Below, piece after piece: positions 14,101 to 29,160 of a DNA stretch of 64,000 nt; position 1 is the first letter of the stretch, and every line of letters begins with the position of its first letter. The DNA is from Obrimoposthia wandeli (taxonomy: Eukaryota). The notes below the pieces were generated by a model, which worked only from the letters and a program-made list of their open reading frames with translations, was not told where the DNA came from and made no database searches. The stretch is from positions 248,001 through 312,000 of the forward strand of contig CDROCS010000014.1 of assembly GCA_977020255.1 (NCBI GenBank), written 5' to 3'. A program made the position numbers and the translations under genes.

Positions 14101-17100
14101 TTATGGACTTCTTTCCTGATTTATATTTTCGTAAGCTCCACTATGACAGAATATCATTTAAAACATCCAGAAAAAAGTATTTCCCTATTGTGATATGCTT
14201 AACCAATCGGTGACCAATTTTTTTCTCTCATAAACATCGCTATAGTTACAGTAGTCACAATTTACGAACACATTAATGGTAAATATGCACTGAATGGTAA
14301 AGTGTGGTAAAACTCGATACGATTTCTTTTGATGCCACGTAATATCTCATATATCCCCTCTCAAAATATTCATTTTTGTCAACATATTATTTGATCTAAA
14401 AAGGGACTCTTGCTATTGCAACAATGAAATCACCTCTGCAAGCTTAACTGACAAAGATTTAAAAAACTTACTGAAAATCAGAAAGCGCATCCAGCTCAGT
14501 GAGAACCATTGTGTTTTGCTTACTTTGTTCTGAATAAAAAACTTATTTTCTATATGGTATGAGGGCGGGCGATGATTCTATGTATTTATTTTATACATTA
14601 ATCTTCTTTTCATTTGTAAGCAGCAAGTTGAAAAGCACGCATAAGTTTAAGAATGTTTGATATTATTAACAGTTATTGTTGTAAATAAAATAAAGTAAGC
14701 GTATTTTTATGTTTATTCTAGTTTTTTGCAAAAGTAACTAGTGTGATGTTTTTAATAGCAGAAACTCTGTAAATTTTATTTTTATTTCACAGACGGAGAC
14801 ATAAAATGGTGCAAAATATTTTTTTAATATTATGCTTATTACTTTAAAAAATAAAAGTATTCTACAAACTTAAAAATCAATAAATGCAAGGAGAGTTATT
14901 AAAACGAATACAGTAAAAAATATCGGCAAAATGATCAAATTAACGTTTTAACAATGTTATTTATTATTTAGCAAAACTTATTTTAAAACTGATAGATGTA
15001 TTTATAAATAGACGTAAACATAACCAATATACTTCTAGTGTATGCAGTACTGTTGTCTAGTGACAATAGAGTTGAAACAGGTAAAATAGATACATATAAT
15101 TATCCAGTTCAGCAAACACTAAATCAAACATCAATTATCCAAGCCAAAAGTTTTGATTGGAGACAGGAAAAAGAAAATATCGATAAAATGGTCAACACGT
15201 TTTCAAGCAGAAGATAACCATTTTAGAAAATTTTCAAGAGCTTTCAAGTTCAAAACTGAAATTTGTTGATCATATCATTCTTTTCACGTTTGTTATCTTT
15301 ATCCACGCGGTTAGCATAAACCAATGTTAACATTGTCCACTTCAAATACTAAACATGGACAGTAACTTCTTGAAATTATCCTACAAAAAGTGTAAAATCC
15401 ATTTTTAAAGATAATTTCAAAATTCTGTATTTTTTAGTAGAAATTAAGTATTTAAAAATTTAAAAAAAACATCAAATAAGTAAATTTAACGAGATCGAAT
15501 ACTTTTAGTCTATATATCTTCGCTTATTAGGAAAATTTAAAAAAATTCTAGTCAGGATTTTTATAATCGGACATGGTCAGAAAATACGACTTGACTTATA
15601 TATGAAACAGTATATTTTGTTATAACAATTAATTATTAGGTACAATCTGTAACGAAAAACATGAAATTTTTGTTTTCTAGTCGATTCCATTGTTAAAAAT
15701 ATGAGTCGAGTATTTCAGTTGTCTAAATCTCTAGTCTGGACATCGATATTTCATAATATTTATCCGTAATATCAATTTTCATAATAATCTCTTCGGTATC
15801 TACCTTCGATAACAAAATTTTGCAAATTACAGGGATTTATTTTTGACGTGATTGTGTCTCGAAATTACTTGTGTCGTAATCGTAAATATATTCCTAAAAA
15901 CTTGTTTTCAAATTGTGCTTGAGGAGTATTTACAATCATACAATCGTTATTTACTCAGACAATCTCGAATCATACAAACACAACTATGAGTGGGCCAATT
16001 TAGTAACCATCGATTTTTGTCCATTTGTGAGAAGATGCATGATTTTGTTAAAAAAGAAAATTATTTGAAAATTTTCCACACGGTTCATAAACCTTGGAGA
16101 TCATACTGTCTTTTTTATTAATATCGTTTCATCAGAAGCTGTTGCCTCAAATATAAAAACAGGGAATTTGTTACGTAATTCTTCTTTGCGATTAATGCAA
16201 TTATCTGCTTTTATTACTCTGTCACACACAATTTGTTTCTATTTACTTCATCGAATTTTTAGATTTAACTTGATCCACTTAAAGTTTTAGATATATCAGA
16301 AATCGTTTATCATCCTCTATCTGCATTTTGTATAATTCAACTTTATTCTTTCAGATTTTTGTTGTTGGAATTATAATAACTTGTGATGACTAAAATTAGA
16401 CTGTAATCATATTTTGCTATAGACATTAGACAAAAACTATTACCAAAATATTAAACAGTTAATTATTCAATGGAAAGAAGAGGATGGACCTCGATACTTC
16501 GCCTTTCTTAGCCGACTTTGAACTTTTCCCATTGATTTTTGAATACACTGTCCAACACAAAATTGAATTCGATTTTCGAGCTGATTCAAGTCTTTTGCCC
16601 GACAATTTTATCGATACATCTCCACTTTCAAAATCATCATTCTTCAATGTAAAATGTGATTCATACTTATGATGATCTCTGGAGAGCTGCTTTGTGCGAT
16701 AAACAATGTTAGGCAGTCTCCCGAAGCGAATTTTTTGGCTGGTTCATTTTATGGGGTGTTCTTTCAGACCTTTCGACACGATCAACAGTACCCCCTCCAT
16801 CGTAGTGTTTTCTTATGTCATCTACAATGTACTCTCAGAAATATTTATCGCTTTGAAGTACTTCGCAACAGTATAAAGGCTCTTCAATGAACTCCTGTTA
16901 TTTATCAAGATGCACAACTGACTTAATGATTTGTTGATTTTTCATGTCGTGGGATAAATACATTTAAAAAATACAAAAACTCTTTAAAACAAACACTGGA
17001 ATCATATATATTTTACTGGCAATTTTTAGTGATTACCTGAATGAAAAGTAAATTATTTCAAAAAGAATTTGTTCATGGTTTAATATTCAATTTTTTATAT

Positions 17101-18785
17101 CTACAATTAAATATAATAATAAATACACTAAATTTAAAACATATATATTAAACTTTAAATGCATTTTGTTACATACATTCTGTTTTTTTAAAACTATTTT
17201 AAGGAAATGGTCACGTTTTATTATCTGATATAAAAAATGTAACAAAGTATGTGCGTTTTATGCGTTATCATACTGAAAAAACATTTCAGTTGTTAAAAGA
17301 ATTTCATATGTAATTTATCTTGATTTTATTATGTCCCGTAGGGCAGTAATTTCCAAACTAAGAGGCGCTAAAGGTTTAACAGAAACATAATTTTCTTAAC
17401 ATATATAAATAAAAATATATGTACATACACGTATGTTAAGGAACAAAACTAATTATTAGAACATTGTAAAACACTATATTAAACAAGCACACCAATCGCA
17501 TTAGAAAACAATGAATATACAGGGTAAAACCTCGTTATTATTCCGTTGAAACGTTTTTGCCTCATTTTTGTATTAATAAATATTTTAAACTTTAAAAATG
17601 TACCTTTAATACTTGGTTAAATATAGAACATAGGCCAATATTAGAACTTTCTCAAAGGAAGGCGTAGTAAAGTAAAATGGGAAAGCATTGCCTTAGGTTG
17701 TAAATATATGTGTTACAATATGGAGCAGATTAAATGTCCATAACTGACAAAAATCTATGTAACCAACATTTATAAGAAAAAGTACAACGTTTTTGAATGA
17801 ATTAACATATAATAACAATGTACATTCAAACCATTCACCATTCACAGAAATGCATTTGTCACACAAAACAGGAAGCTGTCAAAAACCCATAAAAATTACA
17901 ACGTTGACGTCTTTAAAATACTCTTTAATCTTTGCTTGTTGTATTGATGCAATTTTTCATCAAAAACTAAATATCTAGTTTCTTTATAAATAGAAGTCAA
18001 ATGCTGTTATCTTCGAAGACCTTGTAGTGTATCTATTTGTCTAATCCGATGAGTTCTTAGTTGATCGTCCAGTAACTCTTACACTTGTCGATCACAATGA
18101 GATGGTGCTCCGTCTTGCTGAGGTTGGAACAATCTTGGTATGTGCCAGTTGCAAGTATATATCACTGTTCATAGTGACATTTTGAATGTGTGAAACAAAG
18201 CACAACCTAAACATCCGATAGTTTGTCTGAAAAGGTTTTACAGGCTTTTGAATGTTTGTCTGAATCCCACTAATTATATATTTCTTGCTCCATTCCTATT
18301 TAAAATACAGATCATAGAGCTAAAAATTTATAGAACTTTTAAAATATTTTTAAAACAACAAAAATAAATTAATCTTTCTAATTTAAATTTTATTTGCTGA
18401 TTTTATTTTAGAGTGAATTTATAAAACGTTTTCCCGAATTCTAAATTAGACGATGCAGAATGTTTTAATGAGCTTAAAACAAAGTCGTCGGTCTAAACTT
18501 CAAATTGACAATCAGAAGATAATCAGCAATTTCGAAAGAAATTTTCACTTGATAGACAGTAAAAAGAAAGATACAATTACCTGTTTTGTAGACCAAATAT
18601 CGACCAATATTTAAACAAATTAACATTATAAGTTGAAAACTTTGTTACAATAATTGTTGTAGTCAACTCGAGTCATACTTGAAACTGGGAATTGAATTAT
18701 TTGGCAATACATTTTGAAAACACATAATATAAAAAGATACTTTACAAATTTTACACAGTACGTAGGCTGGCTTCAAACTGGATAT

Positions 18786-19781
18786 ATTAGGTTGTTACAT
18801 ATGAAATGTCGTATTTTTAACATATAATGTTCAACATCAAATTTTTATTTGAAAATGGAACACATATCAGTTAATATCTATGAAATTTCAACTTTTTAAA
18901 TATATAAGTTACGTTTTATAAAATTTAAAATAATGACATTATCTAAGATAGAATTTTAAGATGGAAAACATTCATATTCGTTCGATTTATTTTTATGAAT
19001 CGAAACTAGGTCATAATGCATCTGACGCAACCAGAAACATAAATACTGCATTTGGAGAAACTACAGCTAACATTAGAACCCTTCAACATTAGTTTAAAAA
19101 GTTTGATGATGGAGATACAAGTCATCAAAATGAGGACCGAGGCTGTCCGTAGTCTGTCATTGATGACACAGTTTTGAAGGACTTAGTAGATTCTGATCCT
19201 CGCCAAAGTCCCAAGTAACTTGCTGACGTTTTACAAGTATCAAATGCGACAATATCTCGACATTTAAAATCTATAGGAAAAGTCAAAAAGTTATATAAAT
19301 GGGTTCATCATGAACTTAATGAAAAACAAAAATAGGACAATATGAAATTTGTTTTTCTTAGCTTCAACGACATGAAAATGAACTTTTTTGAATCGAATTG
19401 TAACCTGTGACGAAAAGTGAATTAAATATAACAATCGACGTCGCTCGGCTCAATGGGTTTATAAAAATGAAACCTCCTAACCTTCGATGTTAAGTCTCAC
19501 CTCTGTAATCTTCCGACTTAGCACCAACAGATTATCATTTTTCAATCATTTAAAGACATTTGTCGACGGTAGAGTGTTCAGAAACGGCAGGTCTGTCATA
19601 AGTGCCTTTATGGCCTCCAGAGATTCAGAATTTTATCAAACAGGAATAACTAAACTTTTGCATAAATGGCAGCAATGCAGCTTATGGTTCTTATTTTGGT
19701 TAAATAAACTTAGTTTTGGAAATGTATTAGCTTTTGATTTTTTAATATAAAAGTACGACATTTCATATGTAACGACCTAAT
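18786..19781 (+). mobile_element. mariner-family DNA transposon, internally deleted and non-coding
   Basis: TIRs attaggttgttacatatgaaatgtcgta (18786) and tacgacatttcatatgtaacgacctaat (to 19781). Degenerate transposase: KWVHHEL (WVPHEL), RIVTCDEK, SDLAPTDYHFF; several stops; the segment with the second catalytic Asp is missing. Confidence 0.9.
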
Positions 19782-20949
19782 TTGTATATACTGGAAAAAC
19801 ATTTAACTCTCTAAAGATGTTTCTGTGCGAGTTCAAAATAAATCGGTATTTCGTCAAAAGAAACGCTAGAAAATGTTATATACTATATATACTTATTTTA
19901 TCGAAAATATTATAAAATTATAATAACTTAATAATTCTGAAATATAAAATATAATTTCTAAGTTATAAAAAAACTAATATTTGGAGGAAAAAAATTAATA
20001 TAATTATATAATTTATGATAAAATAAAAATACCTTGTTTTAAATTAACTCTCGGTGTATTTATCAGAATTTTAAATGACCAAATATATTCAAAATAATAT
20101 GGAAAATTTCAGATGATATTCTATAAACGTTGTCTATTTATTATTTCAATTTGCTAATTTAGGTATTTTAATTATATATTTTGTTTTTAAAATTTAATAA
20201 TTACGAAAAGTATAAAAAAAATTAAAAACCCTAATAATAATCATGTGAAAAAGAAATTTGTGTTGTTGAAATTATTACTAAATTATTTACTACATTAAGT
20301 GAATGTAAGGAAAAATACATATTATTGATTTGATAAATTTATTTTCATTTTTTGTCGTCAATATTGGTTTTTTCTTAACTCACAAATGAAATGTATTCTT
20401 CAATATGTTTAATCAATTAAAATGTGTTTCTTTAAACGAAATACTGAAATTTTTCAGCTCACTCCGAAACGCCCAAGAGTACAATATTTTACCATTATCT
20501 ATCAATATGCAAAATTTCATTCAATTTTGAGCGTCGAATTTGTCAAACTTCCTTTGGTAGAATAAATTTGTTAATTAAGTTCAATATTTTACATTTATTT
20601 TACAACATTGATATTTTATAAAAATTGTCTAAATATAATTAATTTTACACATTTTTAAATGAGTGAAATTAAAATATGTTAAGATTACCACTTCAATATG
20701 AATTAGAAAATAAATTGTGTTTCATATGCTGTTTCAATGTTGCTTTTTCAAGTACAACTTTTTAAAGATATTTTTCTAGTCAATTAGTGTCTTTAAAAAG
20801 TAATGTGAACTACCAAATTATCCGACAAAGCAAATTTAATTAGTCAAATAACCTCAATTTTCAATAACTTTGAAACAATGATTTTTAAGTTTTATGACAT
20901 ATCAAAATTTTTGGTGGGATACTCTTAAAAATTTCGTAAATGTGTTAAT

Positions 20950-21130
20950 GGCTCTCAACGTGATCAGAAATTTCTTTTTTTTCTAACTCCTTCGTAATGT
21001 AATCGTTCACCCAACGACCCAGAAGGTTCAAATCCGGTGAGTAAGTACCTTGCTTTTCTATTTTATTTTTCTTGTGACACATATGGTCTTGCATTGTCGT
21101 CCTGTAGAAACATGTCGATCAATTTTAAGG
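20950..21130 (-). mobile_element. Tc1/mariner transposase fragment
   Basis: FLQDDNARPYVS followed by YSPDLNLL on the minus strand (DNARPH and SPDL motifs). Boundaries approximate. Confidence 0.65.
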
Positions 21131-23559
21131 GGTTTCTACCCTTTCTATATTTTGTAGTAGTTTCTTTTAGAGATTGAATGTTTGTAGACGAATTTTTGAT
21201 TGATGCATTTGGTATGCATGACTGAGGCACAAATGAAACATCCTCAACCTCACTTGCAGTCATACGACAACCAGATTTCTTTAGATTATTGCATGATTGT
21301 CTTCGATCAGTTCTTAATTCAGAAACCTATCTTACAATAGCTCAGTAGGATGATGCATAGTCTCACCCTCATAGGAGAGTTGTTCAAAAAATTAATTTCC
21401 ATTCTACCACGTCTGGACTTAATGTAGGTATAAAATCTTTCTTCGTCTTTTGAAAATTCTATACTACTTCAGTAAAATAAATGTTTGATTTGTAATGTGT
21501 TTCAGACATGCAATTATATCAATTGATAAAAATAAGAGACCAGCCATGAAAATCGCTCCTCAAACAGACTGGTTACTGAAATTCTGCACCTTAATGCAAA
21601 ACACCTATATCATCTGATATGTGATCCTACTTTAGGCGTGTTATTTAATATTTTATGATTTGCCAAGCTTTTGGGCCCATTTTTAGAACTGTTCTATGTT
21701 TTACACTTTTGTTAGGTCAGTCACTTAAATCTAAGCCTACTATTGCGTATTCCAGGAGTGATGTGATTGGCCTGGATTTTATATATAAGAACTGGCAAAA
21801 GATTAAATTTAAGTCAGTTAAGATTAAATAAAACATAAATACATTGATTTTCAAAGAATAGTACAGGAAGATATGTTATCAAAATAAAACCATAGACACC
21901 ATATTTGCCATTACTTATTGAACAACCTAATATTATAGATATATAAGGTACGTAGAACATGAGTATGTTGAATATGATAAATTTTCGATAGTCTTATTCA
22001 TTTCTATTTTTAACGGAGGATATCGAAGTTAATTAGGGGAAAATCAAAATTAGAGTCTCATATGGCACTATCGGACGTACAAATCAATCTGAGATTTGTT
22101 GACAAATCAAACGGAACCAAGTGATAAACATGTGTCAAATAACAAGAGATCTTATTAAGTTTTGACCAAACATCATAATAAACGTTTATATTACATCAAA
22201 AATATGTTGGCTCTTTTCGTCTCTAGTGCCCCATAGCCTAGAGATGTTATTAAAAATATAAAAATTAGGCTTTTAAATAGCATTTCGGTAAACATGAAAA
22301 TATATTATCTCCGATAAAACAATTTAACAATTTAAAAAAGCCGCAGAAATGCTTAATATTTGCAAAGTAATTATACATCCGCATTCAAAAATGTTAAATT
22401 ATCTTCTGCGAAAATCCAAAGTAAAATTCAATATTTAAAAAAATGCTCGTAAAAAAATTTTGTTGTGAAATATAACTCTAACATTTTAACGGGGGTACGG
22501 ATCTATGATTTATTACTCAAAAGCGCTTCTGTTTTCCATTATTCTTCGAAACATTTACTGAGTAATAAAGTCTTTAGTTACTTCTTGACTTTTTCAACAT
22601 TGTTACACTTTCTTAGATCTCCCCGGTAAACTGTTGTAAAGTTTCAGAGTGTAAATTTCAAATAATGCATCACTCTATTTGTTGAGAACTTCTTAACCAA
22701 CTGCAGTCGTAATCGTTGCTCCTAAGATGCATATACTCGCTCACAGCATAAGAGAAGATCATATACATGTGAAGAGGATCTTGAATCAAATTAACTTAAT
22801 TTGTACACCCTAATATCTTTGCATGTTTACATTTAATTAAAAAAAGAAAAGACATATCTAGATATGAAAAAATATTAAAATTATATTTATAAAATGAGAT
22901 TTCAAATGTATATCAGACCCATACACAGAAAAGCACAGGTTAAACGTTTTAACAAATCAATATTTCTTAGTTTAAAATATTTTTTTTCTATTAATTTGTC
23001 TGTCAAAAAGTAATTTGCTAGCCTCTTTAGGTTTATTTCAGTGCTATTTGAATTACAAATACTACACATGATGAATGAGTTTCATTATGAAAATAGTCTC
23101 CAAATATTGACAAATACGTTGTTAGTAATGATTAATAAAACATAATTAGAAAATCATTAATCAATGTCAAACATTATACAAATACACCATCTTACATATA
23201 TGCATTAACACAGCCTCCTTTAATGCAACATTCTGACACAACATAGCCACCGCTCCACCCAATATGATATGGATCAACAACTTGATCTCCACTTATCGTA
23301 CATATTTGCACACACACACACACAAAGACTCGTAGAAATTCCGCGCGATTATTCGAATATGTAATTGTGATGTTCTACAAATAATCGATTAACTTTTATA
23401 GTCTTCTAATTCCACCATAATATGGTTGTGATTGTGAAACAAATAACACTTTTATTAATTAGAACATATCCTTAAATTCCGCATTATGTGATAAATAACG
23501 AATTTCAGCGGACACTTGAAAACGATTTGTTGCATATATTTAAAAATTATTCTATATTG

Positions 23560-23900
23560 TTGTTTAACGTTTTTGTTTCCAACTTTCGATAGAAGACGTT
23601 TAAAACACCCAAAGTCAAAGCTTCGTCACCTTGAACTTCATCAATATTAATATATGCTTCAGTTGTTAATCCACCGATATCTTTCTGATCAACACCAATA
23701 ATAACTTTTGATTTATTTTATCATATCTTTGTTTGATTTTTGGTCATGAATGATACTGACCAAAAATTCTTTCACAAGCATTACCTTTCTTAAATATCGC
23801 AAACATTACCTCGAGATAATCATGATCTAAAAACAAGACCTCTTGTTGGACAAATCTTCCTCAAATGGTATGAAAAAATTGCTTGTTATTTCCAATTTAT
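23560..23900 (-). mobile_element. Probable decayed non-LTR (CR1/L2-like) RT fragment
   Basis: Weak motifs IFKKGN and YDKINQKLLL resemble PIFKKG and FDKVPHKRLL. Heavily degenerate. Confidence 0.3.
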
Positions 23901-24937
23901 ATTTGTGAATATAAATAAAACTTCAACTCTTTTACTGTATGTACTTCAACTTAAATGGCTGTAATAATCGACAACACTAAGACGAATAATTGGATATACA
24001 ATAACTGTAGAAGCCTCTTTAGAAACCAATTTACTCTAAACATATCATCGACTATGTACAAAAATTTGTTGAAATCGAAAAATAAAATGTTACATAACTT
24101 TGCACTATAAACTTAAAATATACTGCCTTCTTGTTTATTAGTCTAAGTTTTCAGTGACAGTTGAGTTACTTTCTCAGGGTCATGTAATTTTTATTTCCCT
24201 AAATTTGTCTTTCATAGTTGATACCATTTTGAATTCATTTCTGGATTTAATCGATATCTAATGCATTTTTATAAGATATTTTGTTGTTCTTTATTTGAAA
24301 TACTTATGTGACAGCTCTATTTAGAATAAGTTTGCGGGTTTGAATTGTTTATATAGAACAAATGAAAAATTCAACTTTCTCAACAGGAGCTCAGCGAAAC
24401 TAGCTTATGACTTTTAAGGAAATAAAATGAAATTGAAATAAAATAACAATTGTTCACCGCAATCATTAACACAGAAGATGCAGTTGGGAATTCACAAGAA
24501 ACTTTCGAGAAAATAGCCTGCATCAAAAGTATCGAACATAAGTAAACATTGTTAAATTTTGTTTTCATCTAACCACAATTTTGAAAGCAATACAGATTGA
24601 TTAATCCGCGGAAGTGTTGATCTTCACAATATTGGGCCATGTCAAACTCCCAGGGAAAACTGTCAGTACAAAGTTGTATATTGCCCAACCAAAACCCCGA
24701 CAAAGTTGCCCATATTTTGTATCATTATCCACATGATACCGGCAATGCTTTTAGCGCTGACATTTAACCACTCCTTCACTGTCTAGGTATCCTACTTTAT
24801 GTAGCTAACTGGGAGTTTGTATGTCGAGTCTGACATTTCAACAACTCTTGTATCACCATCATCCCAATCACATTTCCCATCAACATCGCCATCATCCCAA
24901 TTTTCACCACCAAATGAAGATATATACATAATGTTAC

Positions 24938-25094
24938 CTTTTTCTGTAGTCTGATCGACTCTCCTGACGCCTTTTTCCATTCCGTTTTGGCTTTCTTCGT
25001 ATCCTTGGTCCTCTCCTTGTCCAGCTGGTTGGCAAGTCGCTTCCATTCCTCCATCTTCTCTTGTACGGGATTCGCCAAGCTCGATACCAAATGT
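24938..25094 (-). CDS. MTSS1: MTSS1-like coding exon 4 (HLVSSLANPVQEKMEEWKRLANQLDKERTKDTKKAKTEWKKASGESIRLQKK)
   Basis: cgcag| acceptor and |gtaaca donor; 157 nt, phase 2 to 0. Matches LINPLQEQMEEWKKVANQLDKDHAKEYKKARQEIKKKSSDTLKLQKK. Confidence 0.95.
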
Positions 25095-28000
25095 CTGCGA
25101 GTTCATCGAAAATATTTAGAGTTTCACAAATTCATAAAAAAGTATTTGAAATATCTCAATAAATATGGTAAAAATATTAATCATTCGAAAAGTAAAATTG
25201 AGAACACAGGTTGCGTCCTCAAAGAAAATATTACAATGTACTGTCAAATTATTTGTCATTTTTTTATTATTGTATTACCGTAGACTTCAAAATCAATAAA
25301 ATTATTTTTATCCTTTAGGTAAAACTGAAAAATAAAAGACAACAATATTTTGACAATAAAAATAAAAGATTATAACATTATAGTATTTTGGAGGTCAAAT
25401 AAGAACGCTTAGACGACGAAATCGCAGGTCAAAGACTGGTTTATAAATCGTTTCTATGCTGAAATTTTAGAAAAATAATTTTTAAACAAATTTTATCACT
25501 TAGTGCGATTCCATTATTACAATGATGCGCGGACGTTTTGGAGTGGCCTTTTCTTAAGTAGGACGTTTCGGACTTTCAAGATTTTTTTTCCTAATTTTAA
25601 GATGTATAAGATATTTTGTCCATTTAGTTTAGTTGACGATAGTGTTCGTTCTAATAGTGTTTTGGTCAATTTATAGATTATATAACAATATATACACCAG
25701 GAAGTGATTCCAAAATTATTCCTTATTGTGCAAATAGTCATTTTCAAAAATTTTCTGCTGAAGTGAACCATACCATATAATAAATTCCTAAACTTGGAAT
25801 ATATTTGGGATTAACAGAAATCAATAAAAAAAAAACGTTTGCAACAATGAAGAGATTATTAATTCGAAGCATGGGCTGTTAGGCTTAAACAGTTTGAATA
25901 AATATTTTGTGATTGTGAATCTGTAAAGCAGAAAATAATGAATAATGATCCTGGTGTTTACAGTACATTGTAAATACGTATAGAATTAGACTATGCAATT
26001 AACATGCTACTGAAATAAATAATAATTTAAACTCTGGATTGTGTCCGGGCGGGTGATCTTGTTTTGTGGTGGTATATTGTCATAGCAAAGAGATATATTT
26101 AATGAGAAAAGATGTAACTACTTTAAACTAACTGCAATACTAACGCGAGCAATTATTAAATCATAACATTTTTTCATAATTATTTGTTGTTTAATCTTCC
26201 AGCATATTAATTAAATCGCTAGCAAAAAAATAATTGCACAAAGCCATTAGAATTACATTCAAATTAAAGATAAATACAAATGAATATTGAAGCTCCATTG
26301 GTTAAAATTAAATTAAAAATTCTACATATTATCAAAAATGTATTCTCACAAAATCTCAAATATGTATATCATATTCTCGAGCCTGATGCAGTGATCATGT
26401 ATATGCTTCTTAAGAGCAACAATGATGACTGCAGATTTGTCAAAATATTCTTAAATAACAAATTGTATGATGAAATATTTGACAGTATCGTCCGAATTTT
26501 TAAAACAATCAACCGATAGATATAATAAACTGTAACTAACACGACTCTATATCCTTCGCGATTTATTAAAAAATTATTTATAGTTTTCTTAAATTTATTA
26601 TGTAAACTCACTACTTTTATTTATAAGTAAAAATTTATTATCACTTAGCTTTTACTCTTTTCAATATTTTGAATAAATTACCAAATAAGTTACACTAAAA
26701 GAAAAATATGGTTAACTGAATAAATATTGATTATTTAGATCAAAGATTGTTGACAAATTAATGCTTATTGAAAAAGACTTCTTACAATTTTTTTGATTTT
26801 TTTTTGTATATCCTTTAATTTACCGGTTTATTTTTCGCAAGGCAAAAGTTGAAATTTTTTTATGATACTTCTTAAGTGCATTCACATAGATTTTTGAAAT
26901 ATTTTAAAATAAAAATATTGTCAATTTTTTCCACTAGATTTCCATAAGTGATTCAAAACTTACAAATGGAAAATTCTTTCATTTAATAATTGTTATTTAG
27001 AAAAACATTGATAAGTATTTGAAATAATTACAAATTAATTATAAATTATAAAGTAATTATTAATTCAAAAGTACATTGTAAAATTAATGTTTTATTTAAT
27101 ATTATAAATGTATACAAACATAATAAATTGCAAATATAAGTCAATGCAAAATCTTACCGATCATACATAATAATTAATACTATAATTAAAATATTATATT
27201 AACTTAGTTTAAAGCTTGGAAACTTCAATTATATGCTGTAAACAAATATTATGTAAACATAACAGATAATTTACTCATTAAATAACACAAGATATTTTAA
27301 CTACGAAATTGTCTACACCTAACATCAAAACAAATGTCAGTGCACAGTGATTTCCAAATTCTTAAGATTATTGCACAAGCGACGATATTATTTACTCGAA
27401 ATCATAATTACACAACCAGATTAAATACAACAAAATGTGATTTTTAACTTAAATTTTATGACTACTTATTAAAATATCACTATAACAATTTCGTGTATGC
27501 AAATATTGGTATTTTGAATGCACACATTCGATTGGAGTTTGTGAAATTGATAGGAGTACAAGAAGTGAGAAGAAATAGGCACACAAATCTCACTACTTTT
27601 AACCTGAGCTTGGACTGTGTGTATGCGTGGACTATAAGTCAAATATACACAACCTAAAGCAGCTGGAAAAGTAGAAATTGACGCTGTGTAATAAATCAAC
27701 TCTCTGGAGTCAATACAACAACAAGACGTGTATGGTGTGTCGATGAAATGCTGTTTTAAAGATGTTAATTACATTAGTCGTGATTATAGTCAGCAAGAAA
27801 TTGGCAATAGAATACCGACGGTCAAAAGTGTCGATTATTGCGTGAATATCAACGTAATTTTTGGTACAATGTGTAGTGTGTGTCACAGTGTATTACTCTG
27901 ATCGGATCAGTATACAAATTAAGGTGAAAACAGATTCAAAATGTCCACTAAAGAGAACTTGGCAACGACGTGTGGATGTTAACGAACTTATAAATCAAAT

Positions 28001-28499
28001 GAATGTGAACATAGCAAAAAATGATGCGAGACAATTCTTGTTATATTACCGCCAAATCAATGATGAAATTACAGTTCATTCAAATATAGAGTCAGCGTTT
28101 TAATAACACTTTTTATAGCACAGTTCAGACATGACTATTTTGTCAATTATAAAATACCATTAAATGTCAAAACATTAATAAAACGATTCTAGTTATAGCC
28201 TTTACTAATGTATGTTAGTTAGATGCCTAGCATTGATAAAATTAAACGGGATAAAATTAAACAATGTCGACTAACCTTTACAAATAAAATAATGTAATTA
28301 AATGTCTTAATATTGTACAGCTTGCTTACAAATGTTGATTGATACAACCACAATAACAAATTGTTAAATAAACAAAAGGTTAATATGTTGTCTACAGGCT
28401 ACTAAATAAATATCGTAACAAGCAAACTAACAATTTACGCTTTTATTAGATCAAAATCCATTTCAACAAAAGGATGATTTGGATATTATAATATTTTCT

Positions 28500-29160
28500 T
28501 CTACATTGTTGCATAGCTGTCAAATCTCCTCGTTCTTTCTGACGAAGAAATTCAGTTTATTAGCAATTTTAACTTTATGGTTCTTCTCATCAACGTGAGG
28601 GAATTTCTCTAAATTAGCTCTTCATATATTTTTCTCATATCAATTGCCTCATTGTTTTTAAGTCATCAGCAATATTAATTTTCATTGAAAGTGCAATGTC
28701 ACTTTTTTCTAGTATAACTAAATGATGACTATGTAAATTTAGAAATGCATTAACTGAATCGTTTACTGGAATGGATCTGAGTTTACCATGCCTACAATTA
28801 AATACATAACGTGATTAATAATGGTATATTTCAGTCAATTATCTTAACATAAATGGTCAATTATATTCATCTGATTGGCAAATTCACGATATTTATTGTA
28901 TTAATCAATATCCTATTAATTTGAAAATATGTTAAATAACTCAGTTAATTCAACAACAAAAAGTATAACTATTTTCTAAATAAATCGTTTGTCAATAAAT
29001 TTGAGTGGATTAATAATGTGCAAAGAATTGGCTTTATAGTGTGAGCAATTCTTTTTGAACATCTTCAATGAAACATTGGGGCTAGAACTTTATTGATTTG
29101 AAGCTCACTGCTGGAATGGAAAGAGGGAGAGTAAATATTGATCCAGGTACTTGTGTTCAA
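28500..29160 (-). mobile_element. Decayed CR1/L2-like LINE reverse-transcriptase fragment
   Basis: Minus-strand motifs in the expected order: VPGS (KAPGPD-like), LTELFNI (PLTYLFN), IADDLK (FADD), ERGDL (RRLRGDL); many stops. Confidence 0.5.

Noticed and set aside
12400-14560. Scattered LINE endonuclease-like words (LIGIIY, SNHTPIL)
   Set aside because: Too degenerate to assign a family or boundaries; probably old TE debris.
15700-16900. Coding-like stretch with short ORFs
   Set aside because: No recognisable motif and many stops; unclassified TE debris at best.
21020-21045. GGTTCAAATCC, resembling a tRNA T-loop / B-box
   Set aside because: No cloverleaf; it is the antisense of the Tc1/mariner SPDLNL motif.
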